Below, in pieces: positions 36,835-46,136 of a stretch of DNA of 64,000 bases. Location: NCBI GenBank assembly GCA_036376215.1, contig DASVAT010000016.1, positions 135,766 through 199,765 of the forward strand, read 5' to 3'. Origin of the DNA: Solirubrobacterales bacterium (lineage in GTDB: Bacteria; Actinomycetota; Thermoleophilia; Solirubrobacterales; 70-9). The notes below the pieces were generated by a model that did not search any database, was not told the DNA's origin, and saw nothing but the letters and a program-made list of their open reading frames with translations. The translations under genes were made by a program, and so were the position numbers. Numbering within the stretch: position 1 is the stretch's first letter; each line of letters begins with the position of its first letter.

Positions 36835-37911
36835 TCAGGGAGTGGACCCGGCGGCCGCCGACAGGTACCGCGCCACCGCCTGGGCACGGTTCGAGACCCG
36901 CAGCGCTCGCAGGATCTTGCGGACGTGCCATTTGACGGTGCTCTCGGTCAGGTAGAGGCGGGCGGCGATCTCGGCGTTGCTCATGCCCTCGGCGACGAGG
37001 GCGAGGATCTCGACCTGGCGGGGGGTGAGGAGCTGGGTCAGGTCGGAGGCGCGGGGGCCGCGTGAGCGCTGCAGGGCCGCGGCGCGGCGGCCGAGGTCGC
37101 TGGCGGTCTGGTGCAGGGCCTCGGCTGCGGCGTGGAGATCGGTCACGTCCTGGGCGGTGCCGGTCAGGCGCAGGGGCTTGCCGTCGCTGTCGACGATCAG
37201 CTCCGCCCGGCTGTGGAGGCGGCGAACGTGCCCGTCGGGCCGGATGATTCGGTATTCGAGGTCGACCGGGGTGCCGGTCGCGATCGCCTCCCTCATCTCG
37301 GCTTCGACCCGGTCGCGGTCGCCGGGGTGGACGTACTGCGTGTTGCTCGGGTCGTAGCGGCCGTCGAAGTCGCTTGGGTCGATTCCGTAGATAGCGAAGA
37401 GACCGTCGGAGCAGATCAGGCGGTTGGCGGGAATGTCCAGCTCCCAGCTCCCGAGGCGCGCCACCCTCTCGGCATCGGCGAGCCGGGCGCGGCTGCGCTC
37501 GACCTCCTCTTCGATTCGGCGGCGCTCGGTGATGTCGACGACGAGGACGAAGAAGCCGCGCGCCTCGCCGTCGACGATGTCGGGAATGTAGGAGACCTGC
37601 GTGTAGCGGACGTCTCCGGAGGGGATGACGAGCTCGCGGTCGAAGATCTGGCTCTCGCCGGCGAGGGCGCCTTCGATGTGCGGCAGTGCCTGCCTGTAGA
37701 GATCGGGCGCGAGCAGGTCGCGGAGGTGGGTGCCGCGCAGCTCCTCCGGCGACCTGCCGAAGAACTCGATGTAGGCGACGTTCGCCATCCGGTTGCGGAG
37801 GTCGCTGTCCCAGTAGCTGACCATCGCCGGCAGCGCATCCAGCATCGCCTGGATCCCTTCGGGCGTCTCGGGAGGCTGGCGCGATGCTCGTTTCCGCGTC
37901 TCGGACCCCAT
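36835..37911 (-). CDS. PAS-PAS-LuxR transcriptional regulator
   Basis: Two PAS-like modules (…VLVVDITERRR… and …TGTAQDVTD…). C-terminal LuxR HTH: LTPRQVEILALVAEGMSNAEIAARLYLTESTVKWHVRKIL. Confidence 0.85.
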   Translation of the reverse strand: MGSETRKRASRQPPETPEGIQAMLDALPAMVSYWDSDLRNRMANVAYIEFFGRSPEELRGTHLRDLLAPDLYRQALPHIEGALAGESQIFDRELVIPSGDVRYTQVSYIPDIVDGEARGFFVLVVDITERRRIEEEVERSRARLADAERVARLGSWELDIPANRLICSDGLFAIYGIDPSDFDGRYDPSNTQYVHPGDRDRVEAEMREAIATGTPVDLEYRIIRPDGHVRRLHSRAELIVDSDGKPLRLTGTAQDVTDLHAAAEALHQTASDLGRRAAALQRSRGPRASDLTQLLTPRQVEILALVAEGMSNAEIAARLYLTESTVKWHVRKILRALRVSNRAQAVARYLSAAAGSTP

Positions 37912-38184
37912 GGACAGAGGATGGACCAGTCGCAGGGCGGGCTCAACCCCTCCCGGGGAGGGGTTGATCAGCTCTATCGTTTTCCCGCGTGCTCGATTCC
38001 GGCAATACCCCGGCACCCCGCCCCTCTCGGCGCCGGTCAGGCAGCCGGAAGAGCGCTTCCCCCGCCGGGGCTCAGGGCACGCGGCCGGCCGCCCAACCCC
38101 TGCCGGCGGCCGGCCGCGCCGCCTCGGAGAGCCTCCTCCACGAGGTCGAAACGCTGCTGGCGGAGGAGCGCGACCTGCGCCTGT

Positions 38185-39324
38185 CTAGACAACGGTCAGC
38201 TGCAAGAGCGCCCCGGCGGCACCGCAGCTGAGGACCACGTAGAGCACGGTCATCTTCCCGTGCCAGCGATTTAGGGCGAGAAAGGCCGCGACGGCGAGCG
38301 CGGCGGTGTAGGCGTCGACGACCCCGGCGTCGACGATTTCGACGGTGACGGCGGCGATCAGGCCGACGACGCCGGCCGCCACGCCGAGGAGGAACTGGTG
38401 GAGGCGCTCGTTTTCGGCAATCGCCACTAGGTGCCGGTGGAAGAAGATCGGAAAGCAGAAGGCGGGGATGAAGATCCCGACGGTGATCGCCAGCGCTCCG
38501 GCGAGCCCGCCCGCCATGTACCCGACGAAGGTGGCGAAGACGATCAGCGGTGCCGGCAGGACGCCCCCGATCGCCAGCCCGTCGACGAACTGGTCCTCGG
38601 TCAGCCAGTGATGGCTGCCGAGTGCGCTGTCGTGGAGAAAGGGGACGACCGTGTAGGCGCCCCCGAAGGTGAGCAGCCCCGCCTTCAGGCCCTCGAGGAA
38701 TATCTCCCCGGTAAGGCCGACCGCAACGGCGCCGCTTAGGATCCAGGGCAGCGCCCCGGCGCCGAGCGAGAGCGAGGGCGCTCCGCCCAGCCAGCGCCGC
38801 GCGTTGCGCCAGACCTCGTAGGCGAGGCCGCCGCCGAGCAGGACGAGGACGAAGCTGAGATCGGCGAACAGCGTGAGGACGAACCCGGCGAACGCGATCG
38901 CGGCCAGCGGCACGTCCTGGATGAACGAGGTGCCGAGCCGCACCAGCGCCCGCGCCACCAGCGCCCCGACCGCGGCGCTGAGGCCGTAGAAGAGGGCGTC
39001 GAGGTGTTCGGCGACGTCCGCCTCGACGTAGAGCGCCGAGAGGCCCAGCATCAGCAGGAAGCCCGGCAGCATGAAGCCGAGCCCGGCGAGGAAGCCGCCC
39101 AGCTTGCCTCCTCGCAGCCGGCCGAAGTAGACGCAGAGCTCGTGCGCCTCCGGTCCCGGCAGCACCTGGTAGACCGCGAGCAGGCGCTGAAACTGGAGCT
39201 CGCTGACCCAGCCCTCCTCCTCCACGCACTCGCGCTTGATCATCGCGATCTGCGCCGCCGGGCCGCCCCAGGCCAGGCAGCCGAACCTGAGGAAGCGAGC
39301 GAAGATGGCACCCCGGGATTCCAA
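38185..39324 (-). CDS. chrA: Chromate transporter ChrA
   Basis: Duplicated CHR domains, FLRFGCLAWGGPAAQIAMI and LTFGGAYTVVPFL. The start is uncertain (TTG at 39324; the ORF is open to 39522). Confidence 0.8.
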   Translation of the reverse strand: MESRGAIFARFLRFGCLAWGGPAAQIAMIKRECVEEEGWVSELQFQRLLAVYQVLPGPEAHELCVYFGRLRGGKLGGFLAGLGFMLPGFLLMLGLSALYVEADVAEHLDALFYGLSAAVGALVARALVRLGTSFIQDVPLAAIAFAGFVLTLFADLSFVLVLLGGGLAYEVWRNARRWLGGAPSLSLGAGALPWILSGAVAVGLTGEIFLEGLKAGLLTFGGAYTVVPFLHDSALGSHHWLTEDQFVDGLAIGGVLPAPLIVFATFVGYMAGGLAGALAITVGIFIPAFCFPIFFHRHLVAIAENERLHQFLLGVAAGVVGLIAAVTVEIVDAGVVDAYTAALAVAAFLALNRWHGKMTVLYVVLSCGAAGALLQLTVV

Positions 39325-39547
39325 AACGGCTGTTTGTCTATCGCAACCAGGGGTACCCGCACAGTGACCCCGACGTCGCGCCGTCTCACCTAGGTTCGAG
39401 CCGATCTCGGGGCAACACCAACCAGCGGAGTGGAGAGGTTGACGAGCCTCCGTCCTGACCGCCGGCCAAGCAAGAGGAAAAGCCCGCTTTCGCGTGTCCG
39501 TGACGCGGCGGGCGAAGGCCAACGACGCAACGAACTGGAGGATGGAT

Positions 39548-40093
39548 ATGGCTGACGGAAGCGTTGGCGTAGCGCAGGATAGGGCGCAGGAAATCGCCGG
39601 AGAAGCGCAGGAAAAGGCGCGGGAGGCGGCGGGCCAGGCGCAGGAGGGCGTTCGAGCTCAGATCGACGACCGCTCCACGCAGGCCGGCGAGCGGGTTGCC
39701 GGCACCGCCGGAGACCTTCGCTCGGTGGGCGAGGAGCTGCGAAAACAGGGCAAGGAGTCCCCGGCGAAGCTGGTCGACCGCGCCGCCGAGGAGACCGAGA
39801 AGGTCGGCTCCTACCTGAAGGAAAAGGGACCGGACGAGATGCTGGAAGACGTCGAGGAGTTCGGCCGCCGGCGCCCGTGGGCAGTGCTCGCCGGAGGCGT
39901 TGCGGTGGGCGTTCTCGCCGCCCGCTTCCTGAAGGCGTCCAGCCGAAACCGCTACCAGCAGCGGAACGGAGCGGGGGCCCCGACCCGGAGCCCGCGGCCG
40001 CTCCAGCGCTCGGCGGCGGAGCCGGTGGCAACCCCGGCGACTCCCGCGCTCGCACCCAACGCGGCGCCGCCCGCTCCCACGGCAGCGCCATGA
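39548..40093 (+). CDS. Tail-anchored stress-type protein (DUF883/YqjD-like architecture)
   Basis: Ala/Glu/Gln-rich helical N-terminus, then RRRPWAVLAGGVAVGVLAARFL as a TM anchor. GGAGG lies upstream. Confidence 0.55.
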   Translation: MADGSVGVAQDRAQEIAGEAQEKAREAAGQAQEGVRAQIDDRSTQAGERVAGTAGDLRSVGEELRKQGKESPAKLVDRAAEETEKVGSYLKEKGPDEMLEDVEEFGRRRPWAVLAGGVAVGVLAARFLKASSRNRYQQRNGAGAPTRSPRPLQRSAAEPVATPATPALAPNAAPPAPTAAP

Positions 40094-40515
40094 GTACCGC
40101 GAACGGGGAGAGCAACGAGCTGCGCCAGCACTCGACCGGCGAGCTGGTCAAACAGCTCTCCGAGCAGACGACCACCCTGGTGCGCAAGGAGATCGAGCTC
40201 GCCAGGGCCGAGCTGAGCGCGAAGGGAAAGGTGGCGGGCGAAGGCGCCGGCATGTTCGGCGGCGCCGCCGTGATCGGCCTGCTGGCGCTGGGTGTCCTGA
40301 CGGCGATGATCGTCGCCCTGCTGGACAAGGCAATGGATTTCTGGGTCGCCGCGCTCATCGTCGCAGTCGTCTACGGCGCCATAGCCGCGGTCCTCGCCGT
40401 CAGCGGCAGGGACCGAGTGAAGAAGGGGATGCCACCCGCCCCCGAACAGACCGTCGAAACCGTGAAGGAGGACGTGCAATGGGCCAAGAGCCAAGTCAAA
40501 TCCGCGAGGAGATAG
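40090..40515 (+). CDS. Actinobacterial Holin-X family (DUF1469-like) membrane protein
   Basis: LVKQLSEQTTTLVRKEIELARAEL followed by two TM segments. ATGA overlap with the upstream gene. Confidence 0.65.
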   Translation: MSTANGESNELRQHSTGELVKQLSEQTTTLVRKEIELARAELSAKGKVAGEGAGMFGGAAVIGLLALGVLTAMIVALLDKAMDFWVAALIVAVVYGAIAAVLAVSGRDRVKKGMPPAPEQTVETVKEDVQWAKSQVKSARR

Positions 40516-41042
40516 AGGAGACGCGCGCAGAAATGGGAGACACCGTGGACGCGCTCGCCTACAAGACCGACGTCAAGACCCGGGTCAAGGAGTCGATCTC
40601 GGACAAGCGCGAGCGCCTGATCGAGCAGGTCCAGGGCACCTCGCACAAAGTCGGAGAGGCGACCCCGGACGGGGAGCAGATGAAGGACGGCGCCCGGCAC
40701 GCCGTCGGGATCGCCCAGGAGTACCCGCTCGGCCTCGCCCTCGGCGGGATCGCCGCCGGCTTCCTCGCCGGCATGATGCTGCCGAGCACCAAGGTCGAGG
40801 ACGAGAAGGTCGGGCCGCTCGCCGACCAGGTCAAGGAATCCGCGGCCGAAACCGGCCACGAGGCCCTCGACCGCGGTCGGGAGGTAGCCACCCAGGTCGC
40901 CGAGCAGGCGGTCGAAGGCGCCAAGGAAGTCGGCCAGGAGGCGGTGCAGACCGCCAAGGACGCCGGCCAGGAGCAGGCCTCCGAGCTGAAAGACAGCGCC
41001 CAGGAGAACGCTCAGGAAGCCAGGGAGCAGGCCCGCACCTGA
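40479..41042 (+). CDS. DUF3618 domain protein
   Basis: The N-terminus PSQIREEIEETRAEMGDTVDALAYK is the DUF3618 signature. There is a central TM. Confidence 0.7.
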   Translation: MGQEPSQIREEIEETRAEMGDTVDALAYKTDVKTRVKESISDKRERLIEQVQGTSHKVGEATPDGEQMKDGARHAVGIAQEYPLGLALGGIAAGFLAGMMLPSTKVEDEKVGPLADQVKESAAETGHEALDRGREVATQVAEQAVEGAKEVGQEAVQTAKDAGQEQASELKDSAQENAQEAREQART

Positions 41043-41095
41043 GAAAGGCGGGTGAGGACTGGCGCCGGCGGTCCTCACCCGTCAGACTCTCCGAT

Positions 41096-41902
41096 GTGCC
41101 GACGGCGCGCTGGAACGATGGAAGGCGATTCGAGGGGAGAGTCGCGGTCGTCACCGGAGCTGGTGGTGCTCTCGGTGGTGCCGTCGCGCGGGCGCTGGGG
41201 CGCGAGGGCGCGACCGTCGCGCTCGGCTACCGCTCCTCGGAGGACTCGGCGCAGGCTGCGCTCGCGGAGATCGAAGCCGCCGGTGCCCAGGGCCATATCG
41301 GCCGCCTCGAGGTGACCGATCCCGGCTCGGTCGAGGGTTTCGTCGCCGGCGTCGCCGATCGCTACGGCCGGATCGACGTCGTCGTCAACACCGCCGGCCG
41401 GATCGACCCCGACGATGCCGTCCGCTTCGCGGATTCGAAGGACGACGCCTTCGCGGCCCTGCTCGACGTCGACCTGCTCGGCACCTTTCGCGTCTGCCGG
41501 GCCGCGGTGCCGCACCTGAGGCGCAGCGGCAACGGCGCGATCGTCAACTTCTCCGGCTCCTACGGCAACGGCGTCAACCGGGAGAACGTCGTCAACTCCG
41601 TCGCCGTCACCTACTGCGCCGCCAAGGGCGGGGTCCGCGCCTTCACCTCGGCCCTGGCCCGCGACCTGGCGCCGGAGATCCGGGTCAACGCGATCGCCCC
41701 GGGGCCGATCGCGGCCAACTGGGAGGACGACTGGGAGATCCCCGCCGAGCAGATCGACGAAGCGCTGCAGATGACCCCCCTGGGGCGGATGGGAATGCCC
41801 GAGGAGATCGCCGAAACCGCTCTGTACCTCGCCTCCGACGGCGGCGGCTACACGACCGGTCAGGTGCTCGAGGTCAGCGGCGGCTGGATCCTGGACGGCT
41901 GA
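41096..41902 (+). CDS. SDR-family oxidoreductase (FabG-like)
   Basis: VTGAGGALG, NTAG, and YCAAKGG. Confidence 0.85.
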   Translation: MPTARWNDGRRFEGRVAVVTGAGGALGGAVARALGREGATVALGYRSSEDSAQAALAEIEAAGAQGHIGRLEVTDPGSVEGFVAGVADRYGRIDVVVNTAGRIDPDDAVRFADSKDDAFAALLDVDLLGTFRVCRAAVPHLRRSGNGAIVNFSGSYGNGVNRENVVNSVAVTYCAAKGGVRAFTSALARDLAPEIRVNAIAPGPIAANWEDDWEIPAEQIDEALQMTPLGRMGMPEEIAETALYLASDGGGYTTGQVLEVSGGWILDG

Positions 41903-41903
41903 G

Positions 41904-43682
41904 ATGACGGAGCTCGACGTCGACCTGACGGCACTGCTCCCGGCCGACCTGCCGGACGGGCGGGAGGCCGTCGAGGAAGGCCGGGCGCTGGCCGCGGGCA
42001 TCGAGCGCAGCCGCTCGCTCTTCTGCGAGGAGAAGGGGGTCGCCTCCGAGCGCGAGTGGCGCGAACGGGCGCGACGCGAGGGCTTCTCCTGCACCTGCAT
42101 GAACATCGGCCTCGCGACCTGGGACGACACCCGCGAGGCGCTGGGACTGATCTACGAAGACGCGCTCTCGCGCGGGGTGCGCCCACCCGACCGCTTCAAC
42201 CTGATCGCCGAGCGGCGGATGGGGCTGCCGAAGGACAAGCGCGCCGAGGCGCCGCAGGAGACCGGCCCGGCGCTCTGGGACGACCAGGACTGGTGGGAGT
42301 TGGCCCACACGGTCCCGATCCAGCCCGAGGCCGCCGACAACATGATCGGCGGCCCAGGCTCGGTCGAAAACGCGCTCGACGCGCTGCGGGTCGGGATCAC
42401 CCACATCGGCGTCCTCTCGCAGTACTCCTGGCGCTGGCCTTACTGGAGCGACGACGTCAGCCAGACGATGGCGGTCCTGAAGGGCGCCGGCGCCCTCTCT
42501 GCCTTCCGTGAGGAGGGGGTCTGCTTCGACTCCTACCTCGAGGACGGCTACCCTGGCGTCTTCCACGATTACGCCAACTACGTCGGCTGGGCGATGGTCG
42601 AGCGCTACATCTCAGAGCAGCTGATCGGCGCCGCCTACTCCTGCTCGTGGGGCGGTCTGACCCAGAACCCGGCGGTCAAGTCCGCGGTGACCCTGGCGCT
42701 GCACGCGGTCAACCCCGACGGCGTCCCCGCCGGGTTCGTCCAGGGCGACACGATCGGCAACACCCCCGACTTCGACTCCAACATGGCGGTGCTGAACACG
42801 GACGTCCTGTTCATGAAGATGGTCGACCGGCGCTACAACCTCGGCGGCGCCCCGATCGCTGTCCCGGTGACCGAGACCGAGCGGATCCCCTCCTGGCAGG
42901 AGGTGGCGACGGTGCAGACGATCAGCCGCCGGCTGGAGGACTACGTGCCGCTGGTCGAGCCGGTGATCGACTGGGCCGAGATCGAGGCGACGCGCGACGC
43001 GCTCGTCCGCGGCGGCCGCGCCTTCTTCGACGCGGCGCTGCAGGGCCTGGGCGGGGCGGGAATCGACGTCCGCGATCCGGCACAGCTGCTGCTGGTCCTC
43101 AAACGGCTCGGATCGACCCGCTGTGAGGAGCTCTTCGGCGCCGGCGAGCCGGACCCGGAGTTCCCCCGCGGGCGCCGCCCGGTGCTCGAAACCGACCTGG
43201 TCAAGAGCACGATGCAAGAGCGCGAGCGGCTGCTGGCCGAGCTACGGGGCCGGGGGAGCGAGGAGGCGATCCGGGGGATGAAGGTCCTGGTCACCTCGAC
43301 CGACGTGCACGAGTTCGCCGAGTTCCTGCTGACCTCGGCGCTGGCCGCGGCCAGCGCCGAGGTGATCGACTTCGGCATCAACCGCGACCCCGAGGACATC
43401 GTCAAGGCGCTGGTCGAGACCGATGCCGACGCGGTCGTGATCACCACCCACAACGGGGTCGCCCGCTCCTTCGGGCAGCGGTTGATGGAGGAGCTGCGGA
43501 CGGCCGGCTCGGGCGAGGTGCCGGTGTTCATGGGGGGCGTCCTCAACGAGGACGTCGACGGGTCGGAGATCCCGATCGACGTCAGGGCCGATCTCGCTGC
43601 CGTCGGGATCCGGACGCCGGGGACGATCGATCGCCTGATCGAGGAGCTGATCGAGCGCCGCGCCGGCGGCGTTCCGGCTTGA
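41904..43682 (+). CDS. Fused mutase-like protein: large N-terminal (glutamate-mutase-E-like?) domain plus C-terminal cobalamin-binding Rossmann domain
   Basis: The C-terminal ~130 aa, MKVLVTSTDVHEFAEFLL...VVITTHNG...VFMGGVL, match the B12-binding domain layout. The DxHxxG motif reads DVHEFA (43302-43319). The N-terminal family assignment is tentative. Confidence 0.6.
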   Translation: MTELDVDLTALLPADLPDGREAVEEGRALAAGIERSRSLFCEEKGVASEREWRERARREGFSCTCMNIGLATWDDTREALGLIYEDALSRGVRPPDRFNLIAERRMGLPKDKRAEAPQETGPALWDDQDWWELAHTVPIQPEAADNMIGGPGSVENALDALRVGITHIGVLSQYSWRWPYWSDDVSQTMAVLKGAGALSAFREEGVCFDSYLEDGYPGVFHDYANYVGWAMVERYISEQLIGAAYSCSWGGLTQNPAVKSAVTLALHAVNPDGVPAGFVQGDTIGNTPDFDSNMAVLNTDVLFMKMVDRRYNLGGAPIAVPVTETERIPSWQEVATVQTISRRLEDYVPLVEPVIDWAEIEATRDALVRGGRAFFDAALQGLGGAGIDVRDPAQLLLVLKRLGSTRCEELFGAGEPDPEFPRGRRPVLETDLVKSTMQERERLLAELRGRGSEEAIRGMKVLVTSTDVHEFAEFLLTSALAAASAEVIDFGINRDPEDIVKALVETDADAVVITTHNGVARSFGQRLMEELRTAGSGEVPVFMGGVLNEDVDGSEIPIDVRADLAAVGIRTPGTIDRLIEELIERRAGGVPA

Positions 43683-43689
43683 GGCGACG

Positions 43690-45048
43690 GTGGGCCTCGT
43701 CGCCCTCGCCGACTTCGGCAGCACCTACACCAAGCTGAGCCTCGTCGACGCCGACCGGGGGGAGCAGGTCGCACGGGGCGAAGCCCCGACCACCATCGCC
43801 AGCGACCTGATGGAGGGCTACGCGGCGGCGCTCGAGCGGGCCACGGCCGCGGCCGGGGGGACGGTGAGGATCGACGAGCGCCTGGCGGTCTCCAGCGCCG
43901 GCGGCGGGCTGCGGGTCGCTGCCGTCGGCCTGGTCGAGGACCTGACCGCCGCCGCCGCCCGCCAGGGGGCGCTGAACGCGGGGGCCCGGGTCGAGGCGGT
44001 TCTCTCGGGGGCGCTCGGCGACGAGCAGCTCGACGCGCTCCGGGCCTCGCGGCCGGAGATCCTGCTCTTCGCCGGGGGGACGGACGGCGGCCAGGCCGAG
44101 CTGGTGGTGGAGAACGCCCGCCGGCTGGCCGGCGGCGGGATCGGCGGCAACGTCGTCGTCGCCTGCAACGCCGAGGTGGCCGCGGAGGCGGCCGAGCTGT
44201 TGCGGGCTTCCGGGGCGCGGGTCGATGTCGCGGCGAACGTGATGCCGGAGCTCGGCCGGCTCGAGGTCGAATCGGCGCGCGAAGCGATCCTGCGCGTCTT
44301 CCTCAACCACGTGATCGGCGGCAAGGGCCTCAGCGCCAGCCCCGAGTTCGAGCGGATGGTGCGGATGCCGACCCCCGAGGCGGTCCTCGAGGCGACCCGG
44401 CTGCTGGGTGGCGCGGTCGTGATCGACGTCGGCGGGGCGACCACCGACGTCCACTCCAGCCGCCCGGTCGAGGCCGCCGCGCCGGGCATCGAGGACCCCC
44501 TCCTACCTCCGCCGCCGACCCTGCGGACGGTCGAGGGAGACCTCGGTTTGAGGGCCGGCGCGGCGGGCATTGCCGAGGTCGACGCGCGCTGGCTGGGGGA
44601 AAAGGGCAGCGGGAGCGAGGCCACGGTTCGACAAGCTGTCTCGAAACGGGCAGGGCATCCCGGCTGGGTCCCCGACGACGAGGAGGGGCTCCGTTTCGAC
44701 GCGCTGCTGGCGACCGGAGCGGCCGCCCACGCCCTCACCCGTCACTGCGGGACGATGCTGCTGACTCGGAGCGAGGGCGGCCCGCCGACGCTCGTCCGCG
44801 ACGGGCCCGATCTGCGCGAGGCGCCGCTGCTTTTGGGTACCGGAGGGGTTTTCGCGAGCCGGAGCGACGGCGAGGCGATCCTCCGGGGCGCGCTCGAACG
44901 TCGCGCGCCCCGTTCGCTGGCGCCTCGCAACCCGCGGGTGGCGATCGACCGCGGCTACCTGCTGGCCTCCGCCGGGCTGCTGGCGAGCGCCGACCGATCG
45001 GCCGCGATGCGACTCCTGGAGCGGGAGTTCGCTCCCGACCGAAACTAG
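43690..45048 (+). CDS. GlmL/MutL-family (glutamate mutase L-like, ASKHA-fold) protein
   Basis: ALADFGSTYTKLSLVD, LLFAGGTDGG, and VIDVGGATTDVHS are ATPase phosphate motifs typical of the MutL/GlmL family. Confidence 0.7.
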   Translation: MGLVALADFGSTYTKLSLVDADRGEQVARGEAPTTIASDLMEGYAAALERATAAAGGTVRIDERLAVSSAGGGLRVAAVGLVEDLTAAAARQGALNAGARVEAVLSGALGDEQLDALRASRPEILLFAGGTDGGQAELVVENARRLAGGGIGGNVVVACNAEVAAEAAELLRASGARVDVAANVMPELGRLEVESAREAILRVFLNHVIGGKGLSASPEFERMVRMPTPEAVLEATRLLGGAVVIDVGGATTDVHSSRPVEAAAPGIEDPLLPPPPTLRTVEGDLGLRAGAAGIAEVDARWLGEKGSGSEATVRQAVSKRAGHPGWVPDDEEGLRFDALLATGAAAHALTRHCGTMLLTRSEGGPPTLVRDGPDLREAPLLLGTGGVFASRSDGEAILRGALERRAPRSLAPRNPRVAIDRGYLLASAGLLASADRSAAMRLLEREFAPDRN

Positions 45049-45133
45049 ACACTGTGACCAATTCGGGCTAGGCTCGGGGTTGCCAGCCGTCGGGTGTATC
45101 GCGGATGATCCCGGTGGAGGGAACGAGGGAGAG

Positions 45134-46105
45134 ATGTTCAACCGCCGCCAGAAAGGGACCTTGACGCGCGTCTTCTACGCGGGAGACGTGCACGGCTCGC
45201 GCGTCTGCTGGAAGAAGTTCGTCAACGCCGCCGCGCACTACCCGGCCGACGCCCTGGTGATGGGCGGCGACCTCACCGGCAAGGCGCTGGTCCCGATCGT
45301 CCGTGAGGGCGACGGCTCCTATTCGGCCCGGGTGATCGGCGAGCACCGGGTGGCGCACACCGCCGAGGAGCTCGACGAGATGCAGCGGGCGATCTCGACG
45401 AACGGGATGTACCCGCTGATCGTCGATCCCGAGGAAGCCCGGGCGCTCTCCAGCGATCCGCGCCGCCGCGAGCGGGCCTTCGAAGCGGCGCTGCTCGAGG
45501 AGCTGCGGCTCTGGGTCCGGCTCGCCGACGAACGGCTGGCCGGGACCGGCACCCGCGCCTACGTGATTCCCGGCAACGACGACCCCTGGTCGGTCGACGA
45601 GGTGCTCGCGTCGGGCACCAGCGTCGAGGCCTGCGACGAGCAGGTGAAGATGCTCGGCCCGCACGAGATGGTCTCCTTCGGCTACTCGAACCGGACCCCC
45701 TGGGGGACGCCGCGCGAGCTCGACGAGGACGAGATCTACTCCCGTCTCCGCCGCTTGGTGGACCAGCTGGAGACGCCGGGTCGGGCGATCTTCAACATCC
45801 ACGTGCCGCCCTACGAGAGCAGCCTGGACACCGCCCTCGAGGTCGACGAGGAGCTGCGGTACGTGATGAAGGGCGGCCGGCCGCACGAGGTCCCGACCGG
45901 GAGCCCGGCGGTGGGGCAGATCATCGAGGAGACGCAACCGCTGCTCAGCCTTCACGGTCACATCCACGAGAGCAAGGGTGTGACCCGAATCGGTCGCACG
46001 GTGGCGATCAATCCCGGGTCGGACTACGGCAGCGGTCATCTCGACGGCTGCCTCGTCCACCTGGAAGCCGACCGTGTCGTCAATCAGTACCTGGTCTCGG
46101 GGTAA
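45134..46105 (+). CDS. Metallophosphoesterase
   Basis: GDVHG, GGDLTG, GNDD, and GHIHE motifs. Confidence 0.8.
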   Translation: MFNRRQKGTLTRVFYAGDVHGSRVCWKKFVNAAAHYPADALVMGGDLTGKALVPIVREGDGSYSARVIGEHRVAHTAEELDEMQRAISTNGMYPLIVDPEEARALSSDPRRRERAFEAALLEELRLWVRLADERLAGTGTRAYVIPGNDDPWSVDEVLASGTSVEACDEQVKMLGPHEMVSFGYSNRTPWGTPRELDEDEIYSRLRRLVDQLETPGRAIFNIHVPPYESSLDTALEVDEELRYVMKGGRPHEVPTGSPAVGQIIEETQPLLSLHGHIHESKGVTRIGRTVAINPGSDYGSGHLDGCLVHLEADRVVNQYLVSG

Positions 46106-46136
46106 CTCGATCGCAACTGAACAAAAGGGGAGAGGA

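Noticed and set aside
37945-37967. The palindrome caacccctcc-cgg-ggaggggttg upstream of the PAS-LuxR gene, considered as a LuxR operator.
   Set aside because: It can equally be the chrA terminator. It occurs once only, and there is no way to discriminate the two roles from sequence alone.
40090-40515. The Holin-X family gene, considered as evidence for a prophage or lysis cassette.
   Set aside because: No endolysin, terminase, capsid, tail or integrase genes are in the vicinity. The flanking genes are the usual DUF3618 and tail-anchored partners.
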